A stretch of 54,620 nt of DNA, filler included, from Squatina squatina (lineage: Eukaryota), in NCBI GenBank assembly GCA_031763465.1. It is 3 parts of 3 records of this genome, joined end to end, with 100 filler letters (N's around TTAATTAATTAA, not from the genome) between each part and the next. Parts side by side here need not be neighbours in the genome. Positions count along the whole stretch, not along the records: positions 21,641 to 34,695 come from JARFOE010000013.1; positions 34,796 to 54,620 come from JARFOE010000192.1; 1 more part is not named here. One strand, given 5' to 3'. The position numbers were made by a program, and so were the translations under genes. Shown here one piece after another: positions 24,320 to 36,793 of this stretch (its first letter is position 1; every line of letters begins with the position of its first letter). Under the pieces are notes generated by a model that did not search any database, was not told the origin of the DNA, and saw only the letters and a program-made list of their open reading frames with translations.

Positions 24320-25843
24320 TTAAAATACCACCAGGTGGTGTAATGTTAGCACTCTATGAAAAAGGAAAATAGCAATTGTGATAGGCAAAAATTAGGTTTT
24401 CAAAGATACATACTCATGGAAATGGAGTGGACTTCACTATAGCGATTAAGTGTCTTGCATTGTTAAGACTGCCTGATTAACCTATTAAAAATCCTCTTGT
24501 GCCAATAACATTTGGTTCAGTTAGACACTTTCCAGCTCCGCTCACGCCAACCCCTGCCCCACCACCAACCTTTTAACGTTATTTTGAGTGGGGTTAACCC
24601 AGCATCTATAGCACAAGTAAATGAGCTGATTAAAACTATAAGACACGTTTATTCTTATGGAGCCCTTTCATTTGTGTTCTGGATGCTGGGATAGCCCCAC
24701 TTCCAAATAACATTATGTAAGAAAGAAAGAGTTGAGTATCAGTGCTGGATGGCAGCTAGGAGGGCTATGGAAATAGTGAGGAAGGAGGAAAAAAGTTCAT
24801 TATTGCCAATTTTATGCTCCATAACTATAAGCAGGAAGCTGTTTTCACTGTTTGCTTGCATGGGGCAAAGAGTGTTCTTCTCTCACACAATATATGAAAT
24901 CCCATTTACTGATCATCAACTGCCTAGGATTTTTAACGACTGGAAAGAACTGATAACGGAGCTCTTAATTGGCAAGACTTTACACCGGTTGCATTTGTAT
25001 AACAGGAGAATTCCCCCCCATCTCTGTGCATTTTCCGATACTATACTGTGCTTATAGTATAATGTTGGCTCTCAAGACAACACAAACACCAAAAGTGCAG
25101 TATTAGAGCAAAACTGGTGCAACACAAGATTCTCTTCCAGAAGTTATGATTTTAAGCAGTGTGTTACTATGCCNNNNNNNNNNNNNNNNNNNNNNNNNNN
25201 NNNNNNNNNNNNNNNNNNNNNNNNNNNNNNNNNNNNNNNNNNNNNNNNNNNNNNNNNNNNNTCATCTTGCTTGACTTAATGTTAATTCCCAAGTCCCCCC
25301 TCCTGTGTTCCATCCTCCTCACAGCCCTTTGTTGCCTGACTGACCTTCTGCTTCATATTTCTCTCTTTTTAATAGCCCAATTCGAGTATCAAACTGATTA
25401 CTGCCCTCCCAGAGTGAAATCCAACAGTATAACATTATAATGATCCCTACTGAGTTCAAATGAACAGAGATATCGAGCAATGAGGATGAACGATTACTGA
25501 AATATCAAACTATCTTTCATTGTGTTCAAGATGCTGGTCCAAACACTTGAAGACTAATTTACATTTGCCAACCTCCCTATGATGTGAACTTAGCCCCTGA
25601 AAAGCTAAGTTTAGCTCAATTTGGGCATTTTCAACATACAGCACATCACGGTCCCCTTGGCAGCATGGTCTGAAGTCCCGAAACATGACAAAATTAAAAC
25701 TNNNNNNNNNNTATTCTCCCAAAATTAATTAACTTGTTGACTTAAAAAGATTAATTCAACACTGCTGAAAGCAAATAGATTATATTACTATGTATAACCC
25801 TATCACTAAAGATAGCAAAGCAAATTTCACCCAAGTGAATCTA

Positions 25844-26002
<159 letters not shown>

Positions 26003-26394
26003 NNNNNNNNNNNNNNNNNNNNNNNNNNNNNNNNNNNNNNNNNNNNNNNNNNNNNNNNNNNNNNNNNNNNNNNNNNNNNNNNNNNNNNNNNNNNNNNNNN
26101 NNCTTCAAATCTTCTTCTGTCCTCTGATCTCTCTAATTAAAGCATCTTGCTCTCCTCCATTCATTTTTTTTCCTGGAGCTCCCATTTCTACATCTGGGGC
26201 AGGGGAGCATAAAGAGTACAACTGCCCCGCTGCCAGGCCACCTTCACTGCCACCATCCAGCAGTAGCTTGATGAACATGGCCCTGATCTGATCTGTGTTC
26301 TCCCATGAGAGACACCTGGTTCTTTGCCTTCCGGAAGCAAAGTGGAAGAACCAGACCGGTATCTTTGGTGCCACTTTGCCACACAAAGAAGAGT

Positions 26395-26595
26395 AGAAAT
26401 CTAGAATTCTCTCCTCCCCAAAAGGTTGTGGATGCAGCTTTCAAGACTGAGATCGACATATTTTTGTCAGGTAATGGTTTCAAGGGATTTGGAAAAAAGA
26501 CAGGTGAATAGAGTTGAGGTACAGATCAGCCATGATCTAATTGAATGACGAAGCATGCTCAAGGAACTGAATGGACTACTGCTGTTCCAATGTAT
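26395..26595 (+). mobile_element. CR1 LINE 3' end (RBBP8 intron)
   Basis: PQKVVDA..FKTEIDIFL..GFKGFGKKTG plus AGATCAGCCATGATCTAATTGAATG tail. Confidence 0.88.
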
Positions 26596-26740
26596 CCCAA
26601 GGTGCAATGCCACTGCACTAACTACCTTCACATCATTTTCATATTAATCCATTATTCTCTAAAGGAGAGACTACACAGATTGCTGCAATTGCTCAATTGA
26701 AAGATAACTAAATTACATTAACTATGCACATTAAACATAC

Positions 26741-27172
26741 CTTCAGGTCATTAAAAAGTTGTTCACTCTGAACAAAGTTACTAGGTTGCTGCTGAGGATA
26801 TCTGCAACTAGATGAATCTCCATCCCCTCCATTTTTCTTACTTTTCACTTTAACATCTTGACATATTTCACTACATGATCTCTCAATGGTCTCTTGCAGA
26901 TTTGCATCATCCTGAGAATCTTTACTAAATCCATTGTAGGCTCTTCTGAAATTTGTAGTCTTTAAACTTGGTTTCAGGGATTCCAGCAGGGTAACTTTAA
27001 TTAGTGCATTACCCACTGCATCTTTCCCTTGGCTTCTATCTTCCAACCGGCCACTAGAAACATGATCAGATAAATCCAATGGCTTGTCAAGATTATCACT
27101 GTCCACAGAAACAGCTTTCTCTAATTTTGATGGAAGATTTTCTTTATTAAATGAAGTCTTTTCACAATCATT
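26741..27172 (-). CDS. RBBP8: RBBP8/CtIP large central exon, 3' part (5' part lost in gap), with the CtBP-binding PLDLS motif
   Basis: Open frame containing LDKPLDLSDH (PLDLS at 27068-27082), ending QLFNDLK|gtatgt with a canonical donor. Confidence 0.9.
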
Positions 27173-27272
27173 NNNNNNNNNNNNNNNNNNNNNNNNNNNN
27201 NNNNNNNNNNNNNNNNNNNNNNNNNNNNNNNNNNNNNNNNNNNNNNNNNNNNNNNNNNNNNNNNNNNNNNNN

Positions 27273-27687
27273 TGCCAAGAGAGGGGCAAGGCCGGGTCGG
27301 AGGAGCCCCAAGGACTTCTTCCGGAGCACCCCTGCTCTTCCTGGCCCACAAGGATTTCACAGAACAGTAATTTTTTCAACTTACCGTGGCCTCTTTTGGC
27401 CAATCGGCACCTCCCGCCAAGTTTCTCTTGCAGATTTGACATGGGGCAGGTGTCCGAATTGTTGCAAAAATCATGTTGCTGAATCAATTACATCATCGGG
27501 CTACTTTTAAATTTATGTTTGGCCCTTGTTTGCCTGCAGCAGGAGCCTCGGTCGACTTCAAAGCCGGTGAAGATCAGATGTCGCCGGGTGGGGCCAGTGC
27601 AGCTTCAGGCCAGTAAGTGGACTCGGCCTGGTCTTCACCTGTACCACGCACCATTCTCATTGGGCAAGGGGAATTAAAATTGAGGCC
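27273..27687. mobile_element. Harbinger-like non-autonomous element remnant (RBBP8 intron)
   Basis: GC-rich segment ending AAAATTGAGGCC (TIR-like); its translation bears no resemblance to CtIP. Confidence 0.45.
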
Positions 27688-27817
27688 TTGAGTTCAATCA
27701 AAATCGACTTCTCCAGTGAAACCTCTTTCTATTGCATATTTAACATGATGCAACTTAAAAGGGCACCCTTCTAATCTGATCCATTGAGTATTTTTTTATA
27801 AATCACATCAAATCTCA

Positions 27818-27967
<150 letters not shown>

Positions 27968-30265
27968 TTATTTAAAATAAAACAAGTATTGCAGTCTCCT
28001 CTTATTGGAATATCTAATGTCAATTTTTGATTATCCTAATTCAGTCTGCAAGTAGTAGAGTAGTGTAGAAAATATGTGCCTGTCTAGGCGTGTGCATGTC
28101 ATGACAAATGTAAATTTGATGCACAGCCTTACTCTAATCTGAGTAAATGTTCAAGAATGCACACTAAAATTTAAAGAGATACAGACCGCAACTCTTCAAA
28201 AACCTGTGCAAAATTCATGCTGATAAATTAGTTTTTTTTAATTAAGAACTGGGGTTAAATAACTGACTGGCAAGATTTAACCNNNNNNNNNNNNNNNNNN
28301 NNNNNNNNNNNNNNNNNNNNNNNNNNNNNNNNNNNNNNNNNNNNNNNNNNNNNNNNNNNNNNNNNNNNNNNNNNNNNNNNNNAATAACAGTATTCATTGT
28401 TTCTCAGTGTTGTAAAAGCATTACCAAAGCAAAATCAACGTTTGGGTCAAGCACTGCAAGCTGTGGGAAAAGCTTACAATATAAAATGTCAGTTGCTCAA
28501 TCCAAAAACCAGATCAACAGGAAAATTGTGGGAAGAAATCACATATGTCTATTCTACATTAAGTCAAGAAATATAAGTACAATTACCTGCTAGCTTTTTT
28601 TTTACATAAATAATTTGAAACACTTAAGTGATACTTTTCATTTGTAACCATTCATTCAACACCTGAGATATGTGTGTGTTCCATCATGTGGATCAGTGGT
28701 GAAACAGGGGAAAGAAAGCCCTTTCTATTACTCCAAGTCAAATAGGCAACTGCAATTAAAACCATATAAAGTGCACTTTAATCCTGATCCACACCCATCC
28801 AAAGGTATGAGAATGCCCAACAATACAGCTCCTGTATGAACAGGCATTCTGTTCAACAAAGCATTCCAAATTGAAACAACCGCAACCTGAGCCACTAACA
28901 AGAGAAGCAGTAACTCAAGCAGTCCAGTACTGCACTGCATGTAATTCAAACCCAAAAAGCTATTGAATCAAAAAGCTAAAACACATCTACTATAATGCAG
29001 AGAACGTTGTCACTATCCTAAAGATATGAGAGATTCTAAATATTGAAATTTGCATAGCCACTGAATATCTTTAAGAACAAAGTCCAAACAATTCTTGAAA
29101 AGATTCAATTTCACAGAACCTTTAATACAAGGTAAAGGAAACAATTTCAATTTTTTTTAAAAAACAAAATGTTTGCAACATTTTATTCTCATCAATAGCT
29201 AGCGTTCTATGCAATTAAGGGGCAGATCTTTCTTTCTCAGCACTATCTGAGGGTAATCAGTGTGGAGTACACTAGAAGTGCACTCTTCTGGGACTTGCAG
29301 TTCTTGTGCCCAAACCTCCTCTCAGGCCCAACTAGCCTGAAGGGGCTCACTAGTGGCTGTAGCCATGGAGATAGGGACGTCTGGGTGCATCCTGGACTTT
29401 GAAAGCAGTCTTCCCCTTTACAAGGGGCATGCACAGTAAAAGCCCCATAAAAGAAAAAAAGAATAATTTTTCAGGATTTCCTGTACATGGACATATGGCA
29501 GCTGCAGGCAAGTATTGGCAAGTACTGAAATTACTTAGATAAAAAAATGATTTTTTTTTGTGGTTTTCTCCTTTGGTGAAACGGGACGGCCCTGTGAATA
29601 TCTTCATGCTGCCGTAACACAGCTGGGATGGCAGCAGCACTCCAACCAGCAGGCTGCATACCGCTGCAGTCTGGCTTGGAGGGAGTTTGGTAAGAGGGCA
29701 GCACTGCAGTGCCAAACAGTTGGTAGAGGAAGAGAGAAAACATATGGTTATGAAGTCCAATGATACGGGAATAAAAGGAGGGTGCTTGTTTGACTGTGCG
29801 GCTACTATTTTTATTGGTGTGGAAGTTTGTATGCTATGGGGAGGACAGGTTCTTACACTGTGGTAGAGAAGAAGTTACTTGTCTCAAGGGCAAGACCTCA
29901 GCATCTGTCAAAAGGGCTTGTGGCTCTTACCCCCCATCCCCCTCTAAATAAGTCATATTGTTTAAAAGAGGGTGGGAGGGGAGTGATACTTTAGCCTCCG
30001 TCACAATGTGTAAAATACTAAAAGCATTCTTCAAAAAGTCTTGAAGCAACAAAACCATTTTTCATTCAAAAATATAAAGGCTTCTTTTGACAAGACAGAT
30101 AGCACTTAAGCAGCAGCTCAGGAATCAACAGTGCCAGTTTTTAATTAGGCAAGTTTCCCTTGATTTTCACTCAATGCTATAAAGGAAATCAGTATTCAGA
30201 GCCCTCTGAAATTCACTTGTACATGATTTATCTCAGTGGGCCTTATTTAGGTGCAGACAACAGAA

Positions 30266-30660
30266 AAGGGGTGCCCAAACTATGGGGGTACACGAGACAT
30301 CTCAGAGGTGCACAAGAAAAATTGTCTAATGGTGGATTTTACTTATAAAAATGCAATAAATAAATAAAACAATTAATAATAGGCTACTCAGATGAAGCTT
30401 TAAAGCTCTGTGGGAATTTGTTATATAAAGTAGTTCATTTACTTCAAGATGTACCAATGAGAACACAGATACACAGACGATGATATACAGAGCCCTTATC
30501 TCCAGTCACTACACACTAAGTTGTATGTGTATTATAATTTGTACAGTTTGTACAGAGTTTGTAAGGAGTTAAAATATGAAACCTGTATGCTGGTAGGGGT
30601 ACGTAAGCAGCTGGTAGACCTGGAAGAGGGTATGCAATAAGTAAAGTTTGGGAACCTCTG
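30266..30660. mobile_element. hAT (Charlie-like) MITE, ~395 bp
   Basis: Left end AAGGGGTGCCCAAACT and right end AGTTTGGGAACCTCTG match 13/16 as inverted repeats; the 8-bp flanks CAACAGAA / CCAGAGGA match 5/8. Confidence 0.65.
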
Positions 30661-32285
30661 CCAGAGGAAGTTCAGGTGCAGTGCGATCAGGATTAGTCCA
30701 GTGCACGTTTTCTAGGTGCTATTTGGAGCAGACGACAAAATTCGTTAGAACAGTAAAAGCTCTCAAAAGCATTAAGGGGAGTTGTCTTTTTCCCACACTT
30801 CTATGCTGCACGTTTGGCATCACTACGGCACAATCTTGCAGCACACCAACAGGTTTAACAAGAACAAGGTCACCTCGAAAAGGTAATTATGTAATATTCC
30901 TTTTCCTACTTGCAAACTTTACCAGAGGTCAGTGAGCCGAGTTATATTTATGCATTTTAGTATGAAAATGCAAAGCACCACCTTCTTCAATTGGAGAATG
31001 GTGGACCTGTGGAANNNNNNNNNNNNNNNNNNNNNNNNNNNNNNNNNNNNNNNNNNNNNNNNNNNNNNNNNNNNNNNNNNNNNNNNNNNNNNNNNNNNNN
31101 NNNNNNNNNNNNNNACATTGTTACTTAAGTCTGTGCAGGCGGTGGTTAAATTATGAAAAATGTGGATTAAAGAAAGTGACTGATTTAATTCACTATAGGT
31201 GCCTTTACCCGACTCTTAACTTTCTGTTGGGTGCTGGCCTCTGCTGTGCTGCTTGATGCGGAGAGTGGTTTCTCAAGAGTGCAAACTCAAGGGATTATGT
31301 TCACCACATTTACATTGCAAAAACAAGAAATCTTAACTCAACTGCAGATTCACAGACCTACATTTTTGTGAATCAATGATACTTCCTGAACATTGGTTCT
31401 TTTACATTGAGGAAAGCAGCTGACCAAGAGAGAACCCTGAATCTGCCAAAGCTGCACTTCTGTACTGAAAAGGGTCTTTAGTGACAGAATAGGAAATAAA
31501 ATATCCTCTTTGCAACAAAGTACAATATTTAATTAAAAGCAACAGAAAATAGAGGGCTCCCAAATTAATCAATTGCCAAGAACATGCCGAATGTGGAACT
31601 GATCCACACAGACGAAGAAGATTGCAGACTATATTAGTGGATATCAGACAAGACAGGGGTACATATAGGGTCATGATAAATGGCCTCAGTATTCTAGGGT
31701 ACAGAGGGGGAAAACAAAATGAAAATCAGCTAGCGTTTCCACACGATTGGCATCCAGTGACTCCTGATGAAATGTGCTTACATTGTTATATCAAATGGGG
31801 GCAGGTCCCGGGTTGGCTATGATATTTCCTCAGGGTCAACAGTCTGCTGCCATTAATTGTCTATGCTCAGAAAAAGAATTGGATTTTTGTTGAGGTACTA
31901 AACAGCAGCCAGACTCAGAACTACATCCCAACAAGAATCTAGATCATTGGAATGGAGGGAGAAGACACCCCCCCAGAAATTCCTGAGATTCTTGGAAGCA
32001 AAAAGAGAGTTAATGATTTCACTACAGGCCCATGGTGAAGTACTACCCAGTTGCTTACGGTTATCAATGCACCATATTGTTATGGGATATTGTTATGTTG
32101 TTACAGCAAGAACAGGGCCAGTTCCCTCAAATGCCCATGAAAAAGAGTACAGAATGATGCAAGAAAACCGCTAATGATTTAGATATACAGACAAAATCTC
32201 TCATACAGGCTTTATGCTATTGGATTTTACATGTAATTTTAAGGTGATAATTGATGCTAATCCAACTGAAGTGATCACTGTGTAC

Positions 32286-32406
32286 CTTGTATGTCATTGT
32301 CATGGCATTCTCTCAGTTTGGTCCAAATATCCTTAAATACATCTATGGCAGCTTCAGCTGTGCTCCCAGTGCCTGGACTCCCACAGCTTGCACTGGAGCT
32401 ATTCAT
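32286..32406 (-). CDS. RBBP8: RBBP8/CtIP first coding exon (whole exon ~32286-32473 including 5' UTR)
   Basis: MNSSSASCGSPGTGSTAEAAIDVFKDIWTKLRECHDNDIQ(G) resembles the CtIP N-terminus (human MNISGSSCGSP...FKDLWTKLKECHDREVQG). Kozak accATG at 32406; acceptor ttttgcag before 32473; GT donor at 32285. Confidence 0.96.
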
Positions 32407-33539
32407 GGTACTGTCTGTACGCAGATCTTCAAAGCTACATGCTGTAGTTAAAAAATCCTTAATCAATTTTCACCTGCAAAACAGATTAGGTAAAGCTGAT
32501 CTTAGAGATTAAAAGAAAGACAAAATATTTTCCCTTTCCCCCACCCAATTTCTTCTCTTCTCCAGAAGGTACACAGGTAGATTCAGATTCAGATTCAGAT
32601 AGCCCTTTAGCCCATTTGATCTCAAGCATTCTGGGAAACAAAACCCTATATAATCTTCCTATTACAATATATAGTTTTTTTTTCTTTAATAAGTCCAATA
32701 CCCTAGCTTCAAGCACTCTTCCTAGCAACCCACTCATGCTATTGATCACCCACCATCTATGTAAACAAATACTCAGTGTAATTCCTGGATTTATGTTGNN
32801 NNNNNNNNNNNNNNNNNNNNNNNNNNNNNNNNNNNNNNNNNNNNNNNNNNNNNNNNNNNNNNNNNNNNNNNNNNNNNNNNNNNNNNNNNNNNNNNNNNGA
32901 TGAGTCACTGGCAGGGTACAGTATGCTATTATGATCACAGATATTTTCACTGTAATTTCAAGTATTCATGCAAGGAACTTTGAAGTTTAACTCTAGTGCA
33001 GCTATTTTCATGTTTTGTTCCCACTTACTAACTTGATACCTAGATTGAATTCTCTGATTCCTGTCTCATTCCCTTTCTTCCCCTTTCATTCCCTCTTTCC
33101 CACATTCCCTCTCTCTCAATTCCTCCCTCTCATTCCTTGTTGCTTTTTCTGGTGTTCACTCTCTGCCACTTTCTTATTCTTTCTCACACCCAAATACCAA
33201 CAGGGGCTTTTTTGGTGTCTACGCTCCAGGAAACTGGCTTGTTTTGTATATCAGACATGAGTAACATGCTGAAAGTTTGAGATTGTGATAGCAACAGTGT
33301 TGCTTCCTGTTTGCTCCTTTGCCAGGCTCCCGCTGGCTGATGTTTAACAGCTGAGTCTGCCTAGCAGGATATGGTAGTGCATTCAGACTAAGATGAATCA
33401 GAGTAATTCCANNNNNNNNNNNNNNNNNNNNNNNNNNNNNNNNNNNNNNNNNNNNNNNNNNNNNNNNNNNNNNNNNNNNNNNNNNNNNNNNNNNNNNNNN
33501 NNNNNNNNNNNTCCATATTCCATCCCATATCCATGAAGC

Positions 33540-33725
33540 TTGTATTGACTTGTATTGGATCTGTTCTTGTGCCATTGCTGAGAATCACAGCTTGCATGTC
33601 ATCGTGGAGCAGGTGGATCACCAGCGCCTGCGAGGAGACTCTTGGTCTCTCTTCCTGGGAACACCAAGACTGGTTCAACGAGAATGACCAGGAGATCCAG
33701 GAACTGCTTAACGACAAGCGCAAGT
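33540..33725. mobile_element. Two RTE LINE fragments fused in opposite orientations
   Basis: Plus strand from ~33617: ITSACEETLG..HQDWFNENDQEIQELL. Minus strand from ~33618: IHLLHDDMQAVILSNG..DPIQV. Confidence 0.8.
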
Positions 33726-34695
33726 TAGGTTTTAAGGAGCATCATAAAGGAAAGCAAGGCGGGCAGAATCGCACGCTCTTAATGGGGTCGAGTGTGTGCA
33801 GACGATCCTCTCTGTCCTGATATTCCACTATCAATCTGCGTTCCACACAATCCCTTCCGCCCAACAGCAATAAGAGGATAATCTGTCATTTTAAGTCTTG
33901 GAGAGCCCAAGGCCTGTTTGGAGGAATGGGCTTAATGAGTGAACTAGCCTTTTTTCCCACTTCAGTATTATACCAGTCCTGTGGTGCCCTATATCTTCAG
34001 CCCCTTTGTCACTGTTATCATTATCCCTGTTTGTTTCCTCTTTATTTTATAATAATTTCCTACCTTGAGTTGTTCCAGGTATATTTTAATGCAGTGCCCA
34101 GAATATGAATGTAATCATATTTTGCTAAGATAAAGGCTCTTATAATATTGATGTGCTGGTAGCATTGTGCATGATAAACTCTCTAAACTGAAATTTCTAA
34201 TAGATGATGTGTAACAATTGTCTCTCCCTGTTTTTACAAATGCTTAGCTTGCATTTGCAAAGCACAATTATAATGCAGATGGCTTTTGCAGAAGGATTAC
34301 AAGCCTTCAGTCGGACTGTCCCTGGGTCACCTTTACCAAGTTTGTTCGCACCGTGGAATTTCCCAGCCACTCCGTACTGCAACAGCAAACGGAAATGCAG
34401 AGTTTTAGAAATTGTTCAATGCTGTTTTCTGCAAGTTGCAGCACATATTAAATGCAAACAAGTTAGTTTGAATTGGATATTACATCACCTCAAACTTGCA
34501 CCCGCTCAGTGTATCCTTTATCCTGGCACCAGGGAGGCAACACACCATTTGGGACTCATGTCTGCGGCTACAGAAATGCTCCCCCGACTACCAAATCCCC
34601 TGTAACAACTGCATTTCTACACTTTCTTGTGCCCCTCCAGTGGAGCCGAGTCTCCCTCGGTGTTTTGGATTGCTTTTGACTGCAATCGTGTGAGG

Positions 34696-34795
34696 NNNNN
34701 NNNNNNNNNNNNNNNNNNNNNNNNNNNNNNNNNNNNNNNTTAATTAATTAANNNNNNNNNNNNNNNNNNNNNNNNNNNNNNNNNNNNNNNNNNNN
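34696..34795. other. Artificial scaffold linker (44 N + TTAATTAATTAA + 44 N)
   Basis: Identical construct at 34740-34751. Confidence 0.97.
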
Positions 34796-36334
34796 GCTGA
34801 GATGCAGACTTTCTTCCTCTAAAGCTCAGTTTTCACAATTGATCTCTCGATTTATGTCTTCCTTGTCTGTCTTTATCTCCACTCCCAAATCTCTTGTTCA
34901 TCCTTTTTCGATTTTAATTGCTGCAACAGTGTTCACAGGGATTTTAGTAACCATGTTGCCAATGACCCGTAATTGTGGGTGTGTGCGCCATTCATGCAAT
35001 GTCCACTTGAACTGTCAAGAGACATCGAGCGTTGCTGCTATACATTTTGTTCTTGGAAACTTGGGTGGTATTTGCGAAGAGTATTGTAAGCTACGTAACA
35101 CCAGAGTGCATAGGTGGTTTCAGGTTTATCACTGGAGTAACAATTTTAGGTGATGAATGAAGCACGCCACAGAACTGTGAAGCATATGATAGCTGAGGTG
35201 CAATTTTTGTGTGGTGCTTTCATGTTTTATTAACTAAGCTTATTGATGACACTTGAGGGTTGTCAATTCACCGTGTGTACACTACCTATTAGGCATTATC
35301 AATAGTAAATGTGGAGACCTGTCCATTCAAAAAAATCATTTCATGTTGAGACCGTAACAATAATCAATGATAGAGAAGGCCATTTGTCCATTAAGTTCCA
35401 GTACTCAACCTCTCCCAATCTGGCATCCAGCTGGATTTTGAACTTCCATGATGTCCCTATCTGTACTACATTGCCCGGCAATTTATTCTAAACATTTATC
35501 ACCTTGAGTTGTGAAAAAAAAATCGAGCAACTTGGTTTTACAGTTACTTTCCACAAATTTGAATTAATGTCCTCTGGACCGGACTTGCCCTGAAGCAATA
35601 TCTATACAGTTTAATATTTTATACATCTTGATCAGGTGCCCTCTTAACCTTCTCTCTCAACTGTAAAACTTGACTTTCTCTCATCTCTCCTTGGAGCTCA
35701 CTGCCTTGCTGAAGGTTGATATTCTGAAGCCTACGAGATTGAAAATGGAAGTGTTTTCAACGGGTAGGGAAAAGGTGAAATTGTTACTCGAGTAAGAATG
35801 CTGGAAATGTGGATTGTTTTTTGCTTTTTTGAATTTTTCAGAGATTAGCATTTGATTTTCTTTTTTGTGTCTTTTTTNNNNNNNNNNNNNNNNNNNNNNN
35901 NNNNNNNNNNNNNNNNNNNNNNNNNNNNNNNNNNNNNNNNNNNNNNNNNNNNNNNNNNNNNNNNNNNNNNNNNNNNNAACCTGGGGCAGGTGTCCTGCCT
36001 TTGACTTGTACTTTTTATTCTTATCCTTTGTTTACGATGGATGAGGACTCCTGGAGTGAGGTGGGTAAGTTGTCAATCAAGGACTGCTTAATTTGAATTC
36101 CTCTTCAGCAAAAAATCCTATGTGTATAGTCCCGCACTTGAAGTGAGCTCTAACCAATTGCTAAATAGGAGGTAGCCTTGCTAGGAGGTCAACAATGACC
36201 CGTTGTGAATGATTGTCTCCTGTCTACTGGAATTGTTGGCCTCAGACCAATGAAGGTGAGATGGCCACTCTCCCATGAGGTGGCTTTTTATTAATCCTTG
36301 GCCATATGCAATATTTGATTTTTTTTTTTGATCG

Positions 36335-36600
36335 ACTTGAGCATCCTCGATTTTAATCTCTCCACCATTGGTGGGCGTGCCTTCAGCTGGCGAGACCCGA
36401 AGCTTTGGAATTCCCTCCTTAAACCTTTCTGTCTCTCCTCCTTTAAGATGCTTATTCAAACCGACCTCTGACCAAGCTTTTGGTCACCTGTCCTAATATC
36501 TCTTTATGTGGCTCGGTGTTAATTTTGTTTGATAATCACTCCTGTGAAGTGACTTGGGTTGTTTCACTATGATAAAGGTGCTATATAAATACACGTTGTT
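36335..36600 (+). mobile_element. L2-type LINE 3' end just upstream of the BOP1 exon
   Basis: CCACCATTGGTGGGCGTGCCTTCAGCTG..TGGAATTCCCTC..GACCAAGCTTTTGGTCACC..GGTGCTATATAAATAC. Confidence 0.88.
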
Positions 36601-36638
36601 AGAAATTAAATGTCTTTACCCAACTTTTTTTTGTACAG

Positions 36639-36793
36639 GATATCCGCAATACTGTGGGCAATATCCCTATGGAATGGTACAAAGACTATCCACACATAGG
36701 ATACGATCTGGACGGAAAGAAAATCTACAAACCAATCCGAAATAAAGATGAGCTGGATGAATTTCTGGATAAGATGGAAAATCCTGATTATTG
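36639..36793 (+). CDS. BOP1: BOP1 exon, BOP1NT region (155 nt; not in ORF track)
   Basis: ttttgtacag|GAT ATC CGC...GAT TAT TG|gtacgg encodes [52 protein letters not shown], the BOP1/Erb1 hallmark segment. Confidence 0.97.

Noticed and set aside
26708-27487. 259-aa ORF as a single protein
   Set aside because: Chimeric across a gap: only 26741-27172 is CtIP; the N-terminal part is repeat-like intronic DNA and the last residues run past the donor site.
31690-31950. Probable additional interspersed repeat (also 23440-23680 and 48200-48500)
   Set aside because: Looks repeat-like, but I cannot assign family or boundaries from the sequence alone.
32579-32599. (GATTCA)n giving SESESES in an ORF
   Set aside because: Short intronic microsatellite; the ORF is spurious.
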